64,000 nucleotides of DNA from Deltaproteobacteria bacterium (GCA_016177845.1 JACOUO010000030.1:37649-101648), one strand, 5' to 3'. Positions 47,981-57,866 are shown, counted from the first letter of the stretch. Notes: generated from the letters alone by a model not told the origin. Numbers and translations are program-made.

Positions 47981-48847
47981 TTACAAAATGCAGATTTTCT
48001 TTATCAGGCAACTTTCGCATTTTTCAGGGTCAGGCTCTTTAGGGCATTGGTCCAATATCCCGAGCCTGCAAAGCGAGAAGTCATATTTTACGGGGTCGTT
48101 CGGGTCAAGAGCCTTTAAAGATTCGGTTATCTCCTCAGCCATTTTCCAGTCCGGGTTTGCCCTTGCGGTCAGCCCTATGTTCCTGGAAATCCTTGCTATA
48201 TGGGTATCAAGCGGTATGACGAGCTTTGAGGGGCTGACCTCTTTCCATATGCCGAAATCAAGTTTATCCCCCCTCCGTACCATCCACCTCAGGTAAAGGT
48301 TGAGCCTTTTGCACGGGCTTCCGTCAACAGGAGAAGGGAAGAAGAACCTTACGCCCGCCTTTTCAGGCAGTTTTTCCCTCCCGTAAATCGGGGCAGAATC
48401 AAGAGCCAATACATTCCCGGAAAATTTTGAGAGAGCGTCTTTTATATTCCTGTGGTCTTGCGAATACCCTTTCAGGAAGAATTTGCCGATTGAGCCCTTC
48501 TCTTCTATCATCTGCTTTATGAAATAAATGAGGCAGGCTATGTCAGGGCCCCTGTTGAACCTGTGGACAAATCCGTCAAAAACTCCTTTATCCCTCTCAG
48601 GGGAGAAGTTTACGGCAAATTTATAAGGAGACGCCCCCACTACGGAGAGGACTTTTTCAATGCTCTTCTTAATGGTGTCAACCCGCCCGTAAGCAAGGCT
48701 TGAGGCGATGAGGCCAACTATCTCCCGGTCCTTTGAAGAACTGTACTTATGCACAAATTCCAAAGGGTCGGTAGAGAGGAACTCCAGATCAAAAGTCCTG
48801 TAAAGCCTCTCCAAATACTCTTTCAGCGAATCATTCCTTGACGGCAT
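47981..48847 (-). CDS. TIGR02757-family protein (HhH-GPD related)
   Basis: DPLEFVH, LAYGRV, CKRLNLYLRWMVR, IPLDTH, DPVKYDFSL. Confidence 0.8.
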   Translation of the reverse strand: MPSRNDSLKEYLERLYRTFDLEFLSTDPLEFVHKYSSSKDREIVGLIASSLAYGRVDTIKKSIEKVLSVVGASPYKFAVNFSPERDKGVFDGFVHRFNRGPDIACLIYFIKQMIEEKGSIGKFFLKGYSQDHRNIKDALSKFSGNVLALDSAPIYGREKLPEKAGVRFFFPSPVDGSPCKRLNLYLRWMVRRGDKLDFGIWKEVSPSKLVIPLDTHIARISRNIGLTARANPDWKMAEEITESLKALDPNDPVKYDFSLCRLGILDQCPKEPDPEKCESCLIKKICIL

Positions 48848-49006
48848 GAAACAAAAATCCAGGATTTATTTTGCCCTTAAAAGGATACAGGCATTACAAC
48901 CAAATATAGCATACTTTTCGGGGATTATTTTGAGTTTTTGAGGGAGGGAATAAGATTAATTTTAATTGTACAAAGCACAAGTAGAGGCGCGCTCTTTTAA
49001 AACAAA

Positions 49007-49037
49007 AAAGGCCTTAGCTCTTTGAGCTAAGGCCTTT
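49007..49037 (-). terminator. Intrinsic terminator of tRNA-Pro
   Basis: Perfect 14-bp stem AAAGGCCTTAGCTC/GAGCTAAGGCCTTT; T-rich tail on the minus strand; 11 nt past CCA. Confidence 0.85.
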
Positions 49038-49048
49038 ACCTGATTTCA

Positions 49049-49125
49049 TGGTCGGGGCGAGAGGATTCGAACCTCCGGCCCCCGCGTCCCGAACGCGGTG
49101 CTCTACCAGACTGAGCCACGCCCCG
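49049..49125 (-). tRNA. tRNA-Pro(CGG), CCA encoded
   Basis: Reverse complement CGGGGCGTGGCTCAGTCTGGTAGAGCACCGCGTTCGGGACGCGGGGGCCGGAGGTTCGAATCCTCTCGCCCCGACCA; anticodon CGG. Confidence 0.96.
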
Positions 49126-49146
49126 ACTGTAAACAATTTCAAATAC

Positions 49147-50238
49147 TTATGGCTTTGAAAAACGCCCCTGAATTATATTTTCATGGGTTTCGCCACAATT
49201 TTGCCACACTTTTGAATAACCCAATCCAAAATCAAGCCTATCAACGGAATCCCGAAGATCTTCCTTGACCAAGTTAACATAAAGCATCGTAGTCTCGATG
49301 TCAAGATGACCAGCGAGAAACATGATCTTCTGGACAGGTACATTTTTCCTGGCAAGCTGGGTACAAAAGGTGTGCCGAAGAGAATGTATATCTGCATCAG
49401 TGATACCGGCTCTCTTATAGCACACCTTAAGGTTCCGAAGCAAATTATTTTTTCTCGGGTTCCCCTTCTCATTCGGGAAAACATACCTGCTCGTGCCTGC
49501 CAGCCTGTCCCTCTGAATAAGCAGGGCATTGTAAGCATCCTCATTCAACGGAACAGTCCGGGGCTGATAGTTCTTGGTGTGATAATTATACTCAGGCTTG
49601 TTCCTGACGTAAACCATCCTGTCCTCAAAGTCTATGTCACACCATTCCAGCATGACCAGCTCCATTTTCCGGAGGCCGATGTTGATCCCTGCCACGATAA
49701 ACGCCCACATGGTATCAGTGGTCAGAGCCAAAAGTGTCTTTATCTCGTGATCACGGAGCCAGCGGGGAAGTTTTTTGGTCTTTACCTTGTAAAACCTGAC
49801 CTCTTTTACAGGGTTCTCGACAAGGTACTTCTTAGTGACCGCATAGTTGAACATGCTCCGTATGTCAGAAAGCTCGCGATTCACCGTATTCTCCGACACC
49901 TTCGCCTTCCTGGCCGGCTTATACGCTTCAATCACCGATGGGGTGACCTTATCCAGGAATTCGATTCCAGATATATGCGCCAGGAAATGATTCATCGAAA
50001 GCTGCATCCTGGAGTATCCGTTGTGTGAAGCGTGGTCTTTGAAATACGGCAGGAACTCGCCCATGAACTCTGAAATGCTTATCCTGCTCGCGAATCCCAG
50101 GCCATGGCGTTCTTTGCGGAGCTTCATATCCGAAATCCAAGCCTCCGCAAAGCGCTTGGTGCTGAACCGCTTGGTTCTGCGAACACCGTTGATCATCACA
50201 TTTGCTTCATATGAGCCATCTTTGAATCTCACGCCCAT
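49147..50238 (-). CDS. Tyrosine recombinase / integrase
   Basis: GLRKMEL (Arg), HSLRHT (HxxR), LAGH, TMLY (Tyr); N-terminal arm and core-binding domains. Confidence 0.95.
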   Translation of the reverse strand: MGVRFKDGSYEANVMINGVRRTKRFSTKRFAEAWISDMKLRKERHGLGFASRISISEFMGEFLPYFKDHASHNGYSRMQLSMNHFLAHISGIEFLDKVTPSVIEAYKPARKAKVSENTVNRELSDIRSMFNYAVTKKYLVENPVKEVRFYKVKTKKLPRWLRDHEIKTLLALTTDTMWAFIVAGINIGLRKMELVMLEWCDIDFEDRMVYVRNKPEYNYHTKNYQPRTVPLNEDAYNALLIQRDRLAGTSRYVFPNEKGNPRKNNLLRNLKVCYKRAGITDADIHSLRHTFCTQLARKNVPVQKIMFLAGHLDIETTMLYVNLVKEDLRDSVDRLDFGLGYSKVWQNCGETHENIIQGRFSKP

Positions 50239-50495
50239 TATAGGTCTGCCTCCTTCCCTGGACGCGGCTCATTGTGCGTATTATCCGTAAATATGATAAC
50301 ACTTTCGACCGGCAAATCAAGCGCCCGAAGAATCCTTACAATAGTTCGGGTCTTGGTCTTCCGACCATTATACTTCATCAATGTCTGCCACGCCTCAAAA
50401 GATACTCCGGCCTTCTTGCAGATATCTTTAATGTCATACATCTTCTTGAGCCTTTGCAGCTCAATCTGTTTTATATCAAACTCGCGAGCTATCAT
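50238..50495 (-). CDS. Small HTH protein, possible excisionase/Cro-like
   Basis: IKDICKKAGVSFEAWQTLM helix-turn-helix; stop overlaps the integrase start (TAATG). Confidence 0.6.
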   Translation of the reverse strand: MIAREFDIKQIELQRLKKMYDIKDICKKAGVSFEAWQTLMKYNGRKTKTRTIVRILRALDLPVESVIIFTDNTHNEPRPGKEADL

Positions 50496-50597
50496 CCTTC
50501 ACCTCAGAAGACGCTTCTCTGCTTTTATCGTACCAATTTGCCCACTACACTGATGGCAGAATACCTTTTCACGCCATAGGTTTTTATTTCTTAATGA

Positions 50598-51386
50598 TTA
50601 ACCAAGTTTTTTCCATTCCCCCTTTTCGCCATCGAATATCGATTTTTGGAATCTTTGTATAGCTATGACACAGCTCATAAGTCCGTTATTTTTGAAATCC
50701 GCATGTGTGATTATGCAGATACCAAGAAGGGAACCCTCTATATATTTGGCCAGATTTGCGGCACGCTTGGCATCTCTGACAATCAAGATGATATTCATCT
50801 CCCAGCTCCTGAGTTTTGGCTCCCAATAGCTCCGCCCCTTGTTTCCATTTTCATATTCAATATGATAACCGCGCTCGATCACACGATTATCTCTGCCCTT
50901 CAATCTTATAGCTATCATGAGATCGGCTATGTACTTGTTCTTGAGGCTCTCACCCCTGTTCTTATGCCACAGCCTTATCTGCGTGTCATCGGACAAGCTG
51001 ACCAACTCGTATTGCTTCAGTCGGCTCCCTGTTTTTATTACATTTACGATTTCAGTTAGCCTGATCTCGTGGTCTACATTCGCGGGTTTTGGACAGGTCA
51101 TACGAAAGTCAGCAGGATCAAGGTTGGATCCCATGGCACACAGAAAATTCGCCCCTAAAGGGAGCAGGATGGCTGCCCGACGCCCATAGGTCTCACTGGC
51201 ATACTCGCAGGATATTATCTTGATATACTTGTTTTCTGCCAATTTTCTCATGCCGCGAAGGAAAAACTTCCAGCCTACCCGTGTGCCGTCGCGCTTAAGG
51301 AAGCAGTCAAGATTGTAGAGGATTTTAAGGGGTGTCAAGCCCGATGTTAAATGCCAAAAGACGATTATCATTCTATCATTATTCAT
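50598..51386 (-). CDS. Replication-relaxation (Replic_Relax)-like protein
   Basis: N-terminal wHTH-like part, then DHEIRL...IADLMI...HIEYENG...W.PKL pattern; recognised by eye only. Confidence 0.45.
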   Translation of the reverse strand: MNNDRMIIVFWHLTSGLTPLKILYNLDCFLKRDGTRVGWKFFLRGMRKLAENKYIKIISCEYASETYGRRAAILLPLGANFLCAMGSNLDPADFRMTCPKPANVDHEIRLTEIVNVIKTGSRLKQYELVSLSDDTQIRLWHKNRGESLKNKYIADLMIAIRLKGRDNRVIERGYHIEYENGNKGRSYWEPKLRSWEMNIILIVRDAKRAANLAKYIEGSLLGICIITHADFKNNGLMSCVIAIQRFQKSIFDGEKGEWKKLG

Positions 51387-51528
51387 ATAGCCCTCCTTTT
51401 GGATATAAGATTGTAGGGGCGAACTTATCCCTTGATAGTCTTATCGACGAACCCTGAAATAACTTTAATTAAAATGCTTATATCAACTTCTAAGATTTAT
51501 ATTTTAATAGATATTTATTGACAATTGC

Positions 51529-52284
51529 TTGACTTGGCTTATGTTTCCTGTTATGTTCTGGTTCATGGAACTTAATAAACTTTTCAGATTATCGAGAGAA
51601 GTCCAAGGGCTCAAGCAATCCGCTTTGGTAAAAAAGCTTCATATTTCACAGTCTTCGCTCTCTCAGTTCGAAAACGGGCAGTCTACTCTATCTTCGGAGT
51701 GCCTGCTCACCCTCGCCCCCCTGCTCAAAATAAATCCGGGATATCTAATGTGCGAGTCGAAAAACCCCTTCAGTAGCCCGGATCTTATAAAAATGCTTCT
51801 CACGGAAAAAATATTAGTGGGCGTGGACTATACTCCGCTTGAATATGTAGTAATGGTAAACCCCGGCGTGCAGGTCGTCTTTTTGCTCGCCACCTCGATG
51901 TTGGATAAGGCATTGGCAAAGACGGTAGTCGGGCAGTTGACCCTGGCAATCCTCGTCAGGGATCAGGACGGGAATACATTCATTTTCCGCCGAAACAGTC
52001 GGGGCTCCTATATCGTTGGAGAAGGTAATCTGCAGGCCAAGCTACAAGCCATGGAGAAGGAGGACGAAAATAAGGTTGTTACGGTCCGCTTCGAGCATAT
52101 TAGCAAGGCACTTGCCAAGAAGATTAGCGCCTGGGATGTCACTCTTACAGATGTTCAGGGTTTCTTTGAATCGAAGGTGACCAAGACCTTAACGCTGGCT
52201 GAGAACAGGGTCATCGAGCTGATGAGGGCCGAAAAACTTGATCTTGAAGCAGTTGAGCAACTCCTGAGGCATATGAAAGAATAG
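51529..52284 (+). CDS. XRE-family HTH regulator
   Basis: LKQSALVKKLHISQSSLSQFENG; divergent from the relax-xis-int unit; true start may be ATG 51565. Confidence 0.75.
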   Translation: MTWLMFPVMFWFMELNKLFRLSREVQGLKQSALVKKLHISQSSLSQFENGQSTLSSECLLTLAPLLKINPGYLMCESKNPFSSPDLIKMLLTEKILVGVDYTPLEYVVMVNPGVQVVFLLATSMLDKALAKTVVGQLTLAILVRDQDGNTFIFRRNSRGSYIVGEGNLQAKLQAMEKEDENKVVTVRFEHISKALAKKISAWDVTLTDVQGFFESKVTKTLTLAENRVIELMRAEKLDLEAVEQLLRHMKE

Positions 52285-52495
52285 AAAACTATTGAGGAGA
52301 GGCTAATTCTTTGCCGCCCCCCTAAAACATGCCGGCTCCCATGGTGGTTCCCTGTTTCCGGTATTATCAGAATGAAAGTATCATGAATAATCGAGGCTGC
52401 TTTTTCATATAGCCATAATGTGCCTTTTTGCGTTATATTCGATTCGGTCTCAAGTGATGGGGCCTGTATCCTGCGTTGACTCTGGAGGTGGACTG

Positions 52496-52798
52496 ATGGG
52501 AATGGCGAAAATAAATATTCCCTATGATGAGCTGGCGGACTTTTGCCGGAGGAACCATATCATTAAGCTTGCCCTTTTCGGCTCCGTTTTGCGTAACGAC
52601 TTCGGCCCGGAAAGCGATATCGATGTACTGGTGGAATTCGAGAGGGGGCGCGTGCCCGGCCTTATCACCCTCTCGGGAATGGAGCTCGAGTTAAGCCGGA
52701 TGTTCGGACGCAAGGTCGACCTGAGGACGCCCGAAGACCTTAGCAGGTATTTCCGGGATGAAGTTGTGAAGGCCGCAGAGGTCCAATATGCCGCGTAG
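52496..52798 (+). CDS. MNT nucleotidyltransferase antitoxin (MntA-like)
   Basis: [19 protein letters not shown] (GSx10DxD); GGAGG RBS before ATG 52496. Confidence 0.88.
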   Translation: MGMAKINIPYDELADFCRRNHIIKLALFGSVLRNDFGPESDIDVLVEFERGRVPGLITLSGMELELSRMFGRKVDLRTPEDLSRYFRDEVVKAAEVQYAA

Positions 52799-53138
52799 GG
52801 AAGATGTCATACGCCTGCACCATATGCTGGAGGCCTCAAGGGACGCACTGTCATTTATCAGCGGCAAGGCGAGACGCGACCTCGATGATAACAAGATGCT
52901 GCGCCTCTCACTTGTCAGATGCATAGAGATTATAGGTGAAGCGGCCTCAAGGCTCTCCCCTGATTGCCAGTCGGAATTCCCCGCTATTCCTTGGAAAAAT
53001 ATTATTAATATGAGGAACAGGCTCATACACGCCTATTACGATATAAATATCGATACCGTCTGGGGCACAGTCACTGAAGACCTTCCGCCTCTTATAACTG
53101 AGCTCGAAAAGATAGTCACATTAGCCGAGAAGCCTTGA
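52788..53138 (+). CDS. HEPN/DUF86 RNase toxin (HepT-like)
   Basis: IEIIGEA, IPW...MRNRLIHAY (Rx4H); overlaps the MNT gene. Confidence 0.88.
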   Translation: MPRREDVIRLHHMLEASRDALSFISGKARRDLDDNKMLRLSLVRCIEIIGEAASRLSPDCQSEFPAIPWKNIINMRNRLIHAYYDINIDTVWGTVTEDLPPLITELEKIVTLAEKP

Positions 53139-53184
53139 GCCCTCTCGGCTTCCATTAATTGTCAAATACGCCTGAAGGAAAGAA

Positions 53185-54876
53185 GTGAAGAAGACAAAAC
53201 TTGAGCTGACCTGGATAGGCAAAGAGAACCGGCCGAGGCTTGAGCCGCGTATCCTCATCGAGGACCCGTCAAAGTCGTACCACGCGCCCTTCCGTACCGG
53301 CGGGAATGATATATTCGACAACCGCATCATTTTCGGGGACAACCTGCTGGCCCTCAAGGCCCTGGAGCAGGAGTTTGCCGGGAAGGTGAAGTGCATATAT
53401 ATAGACCCGCCGTATAATACCGGGAGCGCCTTTACGCATTACGATGATGGCGTCGAGCATTCAATATGGCTGTCTCTGATGCGCGAAAGACTTAGCATTC
53501 TCTGGCGCCTTTTAGATCGCACGAGCGGGTCTTTGTGGGTCTCTATAGATGACCGCGAAATGGCATACCTCAAAGTATTATTAGATGAGATTTGTGGTAG
53601 GCTGAATTTTATAGCTGCGAATGTCTGGCAAAAACGCTATTCACGAGAGAATCGAGAAGCCATTGGCGATGCACATGAATACCTACTCGTTTATGCTACC
53701 GACCCAGTAGCCTTTAAGGAAGGGCGGAATTTAATTCCTCTTCAAGAGAAACAGAAAAAGCAATACTCAAACCCTGATAATGACCCACGCGGGCCATGGC
53801 AGTCGGTTTCGTTACTGGCGCAAGGCTATAGGCCGAATCAGATGTATGAGATAATCGCTCCAAATGGTCGTCGCCATACACCGCCGCCTGGAAACTGCTG
53901 GAAAATCATTAATTCAGAGTACGAAAAGCTTGTAGCAGAAAACCGCGTGTATTTTGGTCGAGATGGCAATGGGGTGCCGAGGCGCAAGGAGTTTCTTAGT
54001 AAATCAAAAGGCTTAGTGCCATGGACATGGTGGCCCCACGAAGATGTTGGGCATACAGGTGAATCCAAGATAGAAGCAAATACTCTTTTCGGTGCTGATA
54101 TCAGTTTCGGGACACCAAAACCTGAGCGTCTTATGAAAAGAGTTATTGAGATTGCCACCAATCCCGGCGACCGCGTCCTCGACTCTTTCGCCGGTTCCGG
54201 CACAACCGGCGCCGTGGCGCACAAGATGGGCCGCCGCTGGATAATGGTCGAGCTGGGCGAGCACTGCCACACCCACATCATTCCCCGAATCAAGAAGGTG
54301 ATAAATGGGGAAGACAAGGGCGGTATCAGCGAGCCTGTCAATTGGAAGGGCGGCGGGGGCTTCAGGTATTACCGCATCGCGCCCTCTTTACTTGAAAAAG
54401 ACCAGTTCGGCAACTGGGTCATAAGCAAGGAATATAATCCGGCCATGCTTGCCGAGGCAATCTGCAAGCTCGAGGGCTTCACCTACGCCCCGAGCGATAC
54501 GGTCTATTGGCAGCACGGCCACTCCACTGAGAGCGACTTCATTTATGTCACGACCCAGACGCTCACCCGTGAGCAGCTCCAGAAACTCTCGGATGAGGTC
54601 GGCCCGAAAAGGAGCCTCCTTATAATGTGCGGGGCCTTCCGGGCAAAGAGCCTTGACGAGTTCCAGAACCTGACCGTAAAGAAAATACCCAAGGCCGTGC
54701 TCAATAGCTGCGAATGGGGCAAGGACGACTACAGCCTTGAAGTAGACAACCTTCCGATTAAAACCCCTAATGAAGAGACGGCCCCGGATGACCGGAAGCC
54801 GCACTCCATGAAAGAGAAGCGGACAGGAGCGCAAACCCTTTTATTTAATATGGCAGGTGAGAAAGAGGACGCGTAA
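53185..54876 (+). CDS. mod: Type III R-M methyltransferase (Mod)
   Basis: GDNL, IYIDPPYNTG, TPKPE, DSFAGSGTTG. Confidence 0.9.
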   Translation: MKKTKLELTWIGKENRPRLEPRILIEDPSKSYHAPFRTGGNDIFDNRIIFGDNLLALKALEQEFAGKVKCIYIDPPYNTGSAFTHYDDGVEHSIWLSLMRERLSILWRLLDRTSGSLWVSIDDREMAYLKVLLDEICGRLNFIAANVWQKRYSRENREAIGDAHEYLLVYATDPVAFKEGRNLIPLQEKQKKQYSNPDNDPRGPWQSVSLLAQGYRPNQMYEIIAPNGRRHTPPPGNCWKIINSEYEKLVAENRVYFGRDGNGVPRRKEFLSKSKGLVPWTWWPHEDVGHTGESKIEANTLFGADISFGTPKPERLMKRVIEIATNPGDRVLDSFAGSGTTGAVAHKMGRRWIMVELGEHCHTHIIPRIKKVINGEDKGGISEPVNWKGGGGFRYYRIAPSLLEKDQFGNWVISKEYNPAMLAEAICKLEGFTYAPSDTVYWQHGHSTESDFIYVTTQTLTREQLQKLSDEVGPKRSLLIMCGAFRAKSLDEFQNLTVKKIPKAVLNSCEWGKDDYSLEVDNLPIKTPNEETAPDDRKPHSMKEKRTGAQTLLFNMAGEKEDA

Positions 54877-57563
54877 TGAATCCCATCGTAAATGCCATTG
54901 CCAACCGCCTTAGCCTGAGGCAGCCACAGCGGAACTCTCTCGATATACTGGCCCAACTCTGCGATATGCTGCCCTTTGAGAAGAATACGGATACCATCGA
55001 AGCGCTCAAGGCGGTGCAGGCCGGATATGCCTCTGTCACTGATTTTGAACGCGACTTTCCCTCTCTATGCTTCGCCCTCGCTACCGGAGTTGGGAAGACG
55101 AGGCTCATGGGCGCGTTCATTGCCTATCTTTATAAGGCAGAAGGCCTCAGGCATTTCTTCGTCCTCGCCCCGAACCTTACCATCTACAACAAGCTCATAG
55201 CCGATTTTACTCCCAACACTCCGAAGTATGTTTTGCAGGGGATATCCGAGTTTGCGATGGAACCGCCGGAGCTAATAACGGGAGACAACTACGAGAGCGG
55301 ACGGGGAGTGCGCAAGGAAGGCAATCTGCCTGGAGTAGACTGGGAAAGGAATGTACATATAAACATTTTCAACATTTCGAAGATAAACAGCGAAGTGCGC
55401 GGCGGCAACGCGCCCCGTATAAAGCGGCTGGCAGAATACATCGGGCAGAGCTATTTTGAATACCTCGCTGGACTCAATGACCTGGTTCTCCTTATGGATG
55501 AATCTCACCGTTACCGGGCTACTGCCGGTGTTCGCGCCATTAACGAGCTGAAGCCCGTACTGGGGCTTGAGCTTACAGCCACGCCGCAGGTTGAGACTGG
55601 CGGCAAGACTACCTCATTCAAGAATGTCATTTACAGCTACCCGCTTTCAAGCGCAATGGCCGACGGCTTCGTAAAAGAACCGGCTGTGGCCACCCGCGAG
55701 AACTTCGACGCGAAGAACTATGACGCTGACGGGCTGGAGCGCCTTAAGCTCGAGGACGGCGTCCGCATCCATGAGAACACCAAGGTTGAGCTTGAGGTAT
55801 ATGCCCGTGAAAACAGCAAGCCCATCGTAAAGCCTTTCATGCTGGTCATAGCGCGAGATACAGTACACGCCAATGAGCTTGTAAAGGCGATAGAGGATGA
55901 GTCCTTCTTCGAGGGGCGGTACAAGGGCAAGGTCATCCAGGTCCATTCAAAGCAGAGCGGTCAGGAAAAAGACGAGACCGTCCAACAGCTCATTAATGTG
56001 GAGAAGCCGGAAAACCCGACCGAGATAGTCATTCATGTCAATATGCTCAAAGAAGGCTGGGATGTCACCAACCTTTATACGATTGTCCCATTGAGGGCCG
56101 CGAACTCGCAGACGCTTGTGGAACAGTCCATTGGGCGCGGCCTTCGTCTGCCATACGGCAAGCGCACCGGCGTTGGGGCGGTAGACCGGCTGACCATAGT
56201 CTCTCATGACAAGTTCCAGGAGATAGTTGATTATGCCAATAGCCCGAATTCTGTAATAAGGGGCGGGCTGAAGGTCGTCTATGTTAATGACGAGCGTTCA
56301 AAAGTATATGTGGCGGAGCCGGAGATAATCTTTCGCGTAAATCCCCCGGCTGAGGGTGGCCAGCTTCCTGCGGGCGCACCATCAAAACAGAAGGTCTTAT
56401 TTGAATCGCCCAAAGAGCAGGAGGCCGCGAAAGCAACCCTTGAGGTAATCCGAGAATACGAGAACCTGCCGCGCTCCGTTGACCTTGCCAGGCCGGAGAT
56501 ACAGAAGGAGATAATAGAGAAGGTCAGGGAGATAATCACCCCAGCTCAGAAGGAACTGGAAGGCGTAACGGAGAAGATAGAACTGGCCAAGATAGTGGCC
56601 GAGACAGTTGCCAAACATAACGAGCTTTTAATAGATATCCCCAGGATTACGCTCCAGCCCATTGGCGATGTCACGCGAGGGTACAAAGAGTTCAAGCTCG
56701 ACCTGTCGGGCGTGCGCCTCCATCCGGTGGAGAACGAGATCCTCATCGAGGAACTGCACCGGAGGGAACAGGTTCTCCTGATGAGTGGCACCGGGATTAT
56801 GCCCGAGGACAAGCCGGAAGATTACATAGTACGCGGCCTCATGGAATTTGATGATATTTGCTATGACGAGCACGCCGGGCTTCTTTACAACTTGGCAGGG
56901 CAGGTTGTCGCGCACCTCAGGACATACCTCAAGAATGAAGATGAGGTCTTAAATGTCCTTCAAAATCACAATCCGGCCCTCGTAAACCTGATACATGCCC
57001 AGATGCAGGCCCATTACGAAGATAAAGCCGAGGGCTATGAAGTACATGTAAGCAGGGGCTTCACGACCCTGAGGGCGAATAATTATTCAGCCCCGGCTGG
57101 CGAGTCAGAGCGTGACTTCCGTGTGCCTGTCGCTGATAAACAGGATATCCGCAGGATGCTCTTTGCCGGGTTCGAGAGATGCCTCTACAGGGTTCAGAAG
57201 TTCGACTCCGACTCCGAAAGGCGGTTCGCCGTCGTACTGGAAAAAGACAAGGATGTCCTAAAGTGGTTCAAGCCCGTCAAGGGAGATTTCAGGATACACT
57301 ACACGAGTGACGCAAGCTATGTGCCGGACTTTATCGTAGAGACCAGGGACAAGAAGTTTATCTGCGAGCCAAAGGCCGCTGGGGAGATGACCGACAAGGA
57401 TGTGCAGTCAAAGGCAAGGGCGGCCGTTGAATGGTGTGCCCATGCGACGGCCCACGAGCTTAAGCACGGCGGCAAGCCCTGGGCGTATCTCCTTATACCC
57501 CATGATGCTATCGCGAATAACAAAAGCCTCAAGGGACTGGCTACCTCTTTTACAGTGACGTGA
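54876..57563 (+). CDS. res: Type III R-M endonuclease/helicase (Res)
   Basis: ATGVGKT, DESH, TATP, MLKEGWDV, QSIGRGLRL, C-terminal PDF...EPK nuclease; start overlaps the mod stop. Confidence 0.9.
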   Translation: MNPIVNAIANRLSLRQPQRNSLDILAQLCDMLPFEKNTDTIEALKAVQAGYASVTDFERDFPSLCFALATGVGKTRLMGAFIAYLYKAEGLRHFFVLAPNLTIYNKLIADFTPNTPKYVLQGISEFAMEPPELITGDNYESGRGVRKEGNLPGVDWERNVHINIFNISKINSEVRGGNAPRIKRLAEYIGQSYFEYLAGLNDLVLLMDESHRYRATAGVRAINELKPVLGLELTATPQVETGGKTTSFKNVIYSYPLSSAMADGFVKEPAVATRENFDAKNYDADGLERLKLEDGVRIHENTKVELEVYARENSKPIVKPFMLVIARDTVHANELVKAIEDESFFEGRYKGKVIQVHSKQSGQEKDETVQQLINVEKPENPTEIVIHVNMLKEGWDVTNLYTIVPLRAANSQTLVEQSIGRGLRLPYGKRTGVGAVDRLTIVSHDKFQEIVDYANSPNSVIRGGLKVVYVNDERSKVYVAEPEIIFRVNPPAEGGQLPAGAPSKQKVLFESPKEQEAAKATLEVIREYENLPRSVDLARPEIQKEIIEKVREIITPAQKELEGVTEKIELAKIVAETVAKHNELLIDIPRITLQPIGDVTRGYKEFKLDLSGVRLHPVENEILIEELHRREQVLLMSGTGIMPEDKPEDYIVRGLMEFDDICYDEHAGLLYNLAGQVVAHLRTYLKNEDEVLNVLQNHNPALVNLIHAQMQAHYEDKAEGYEVHVSRGFTTLRANNYSAPAGESERDFRVPVADKQDIRRMLFAGFERCLYRVQKFDSDSERRFAVVLEKDKDVLKWFKPVKGDFRIHYTSDASYVPDFIVETRDKKFICEPKAAGEMTDKDVQSKARAAVEWCAHATAHELKHGGKPWAYLLIPHDAIANNKSLKGLATSFTVT

Positions 57564-57857
57564 AGCTGCAGCCCTTTCTATGAGTCTCAAAAGGCGGTTC
57601 CGGATGGGGTTCCAGGGGTGATGTCGTGGGAAATACTGTAATTTTTCTAAGCTCCCATTCTGCTTATGTTTTTTCATGCCTTAATTCCCAGCCATAACAT
57701 ACCTTTTTATGCTGTAAAATAAAAAACACACTTGGCTGGCTATCGCCCGCTACATCTTCAGAATAAAAGAATGACCCAGGATTTATCACAAATATCCGGG
57801 CGGCTGCTACCTATTCTCCTTTGGCAACTGCCTCAAAAAATCTGCCCCTAACGCCAA

Positions 57858-57866
57858 TGCTATAAT
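57858..57866 (+). promoter_or_regulatory. Extended -10 promoter
   Basis: TGcTATAAT, 49 nt upstream of the 27-aa ORF. Confidence 0.55.

Noticed and set aside
53185-53460. Phase-variable simple repeats in mod
   Set aside because: No homopolymer or short tandem tract seen at the 5' end, and the frame is intact.
57408-57677. 89-aa minus-strand ORF after res
   Set aside because: More than half overlaps the res 3' end in antisense; weak RBS; no motif.
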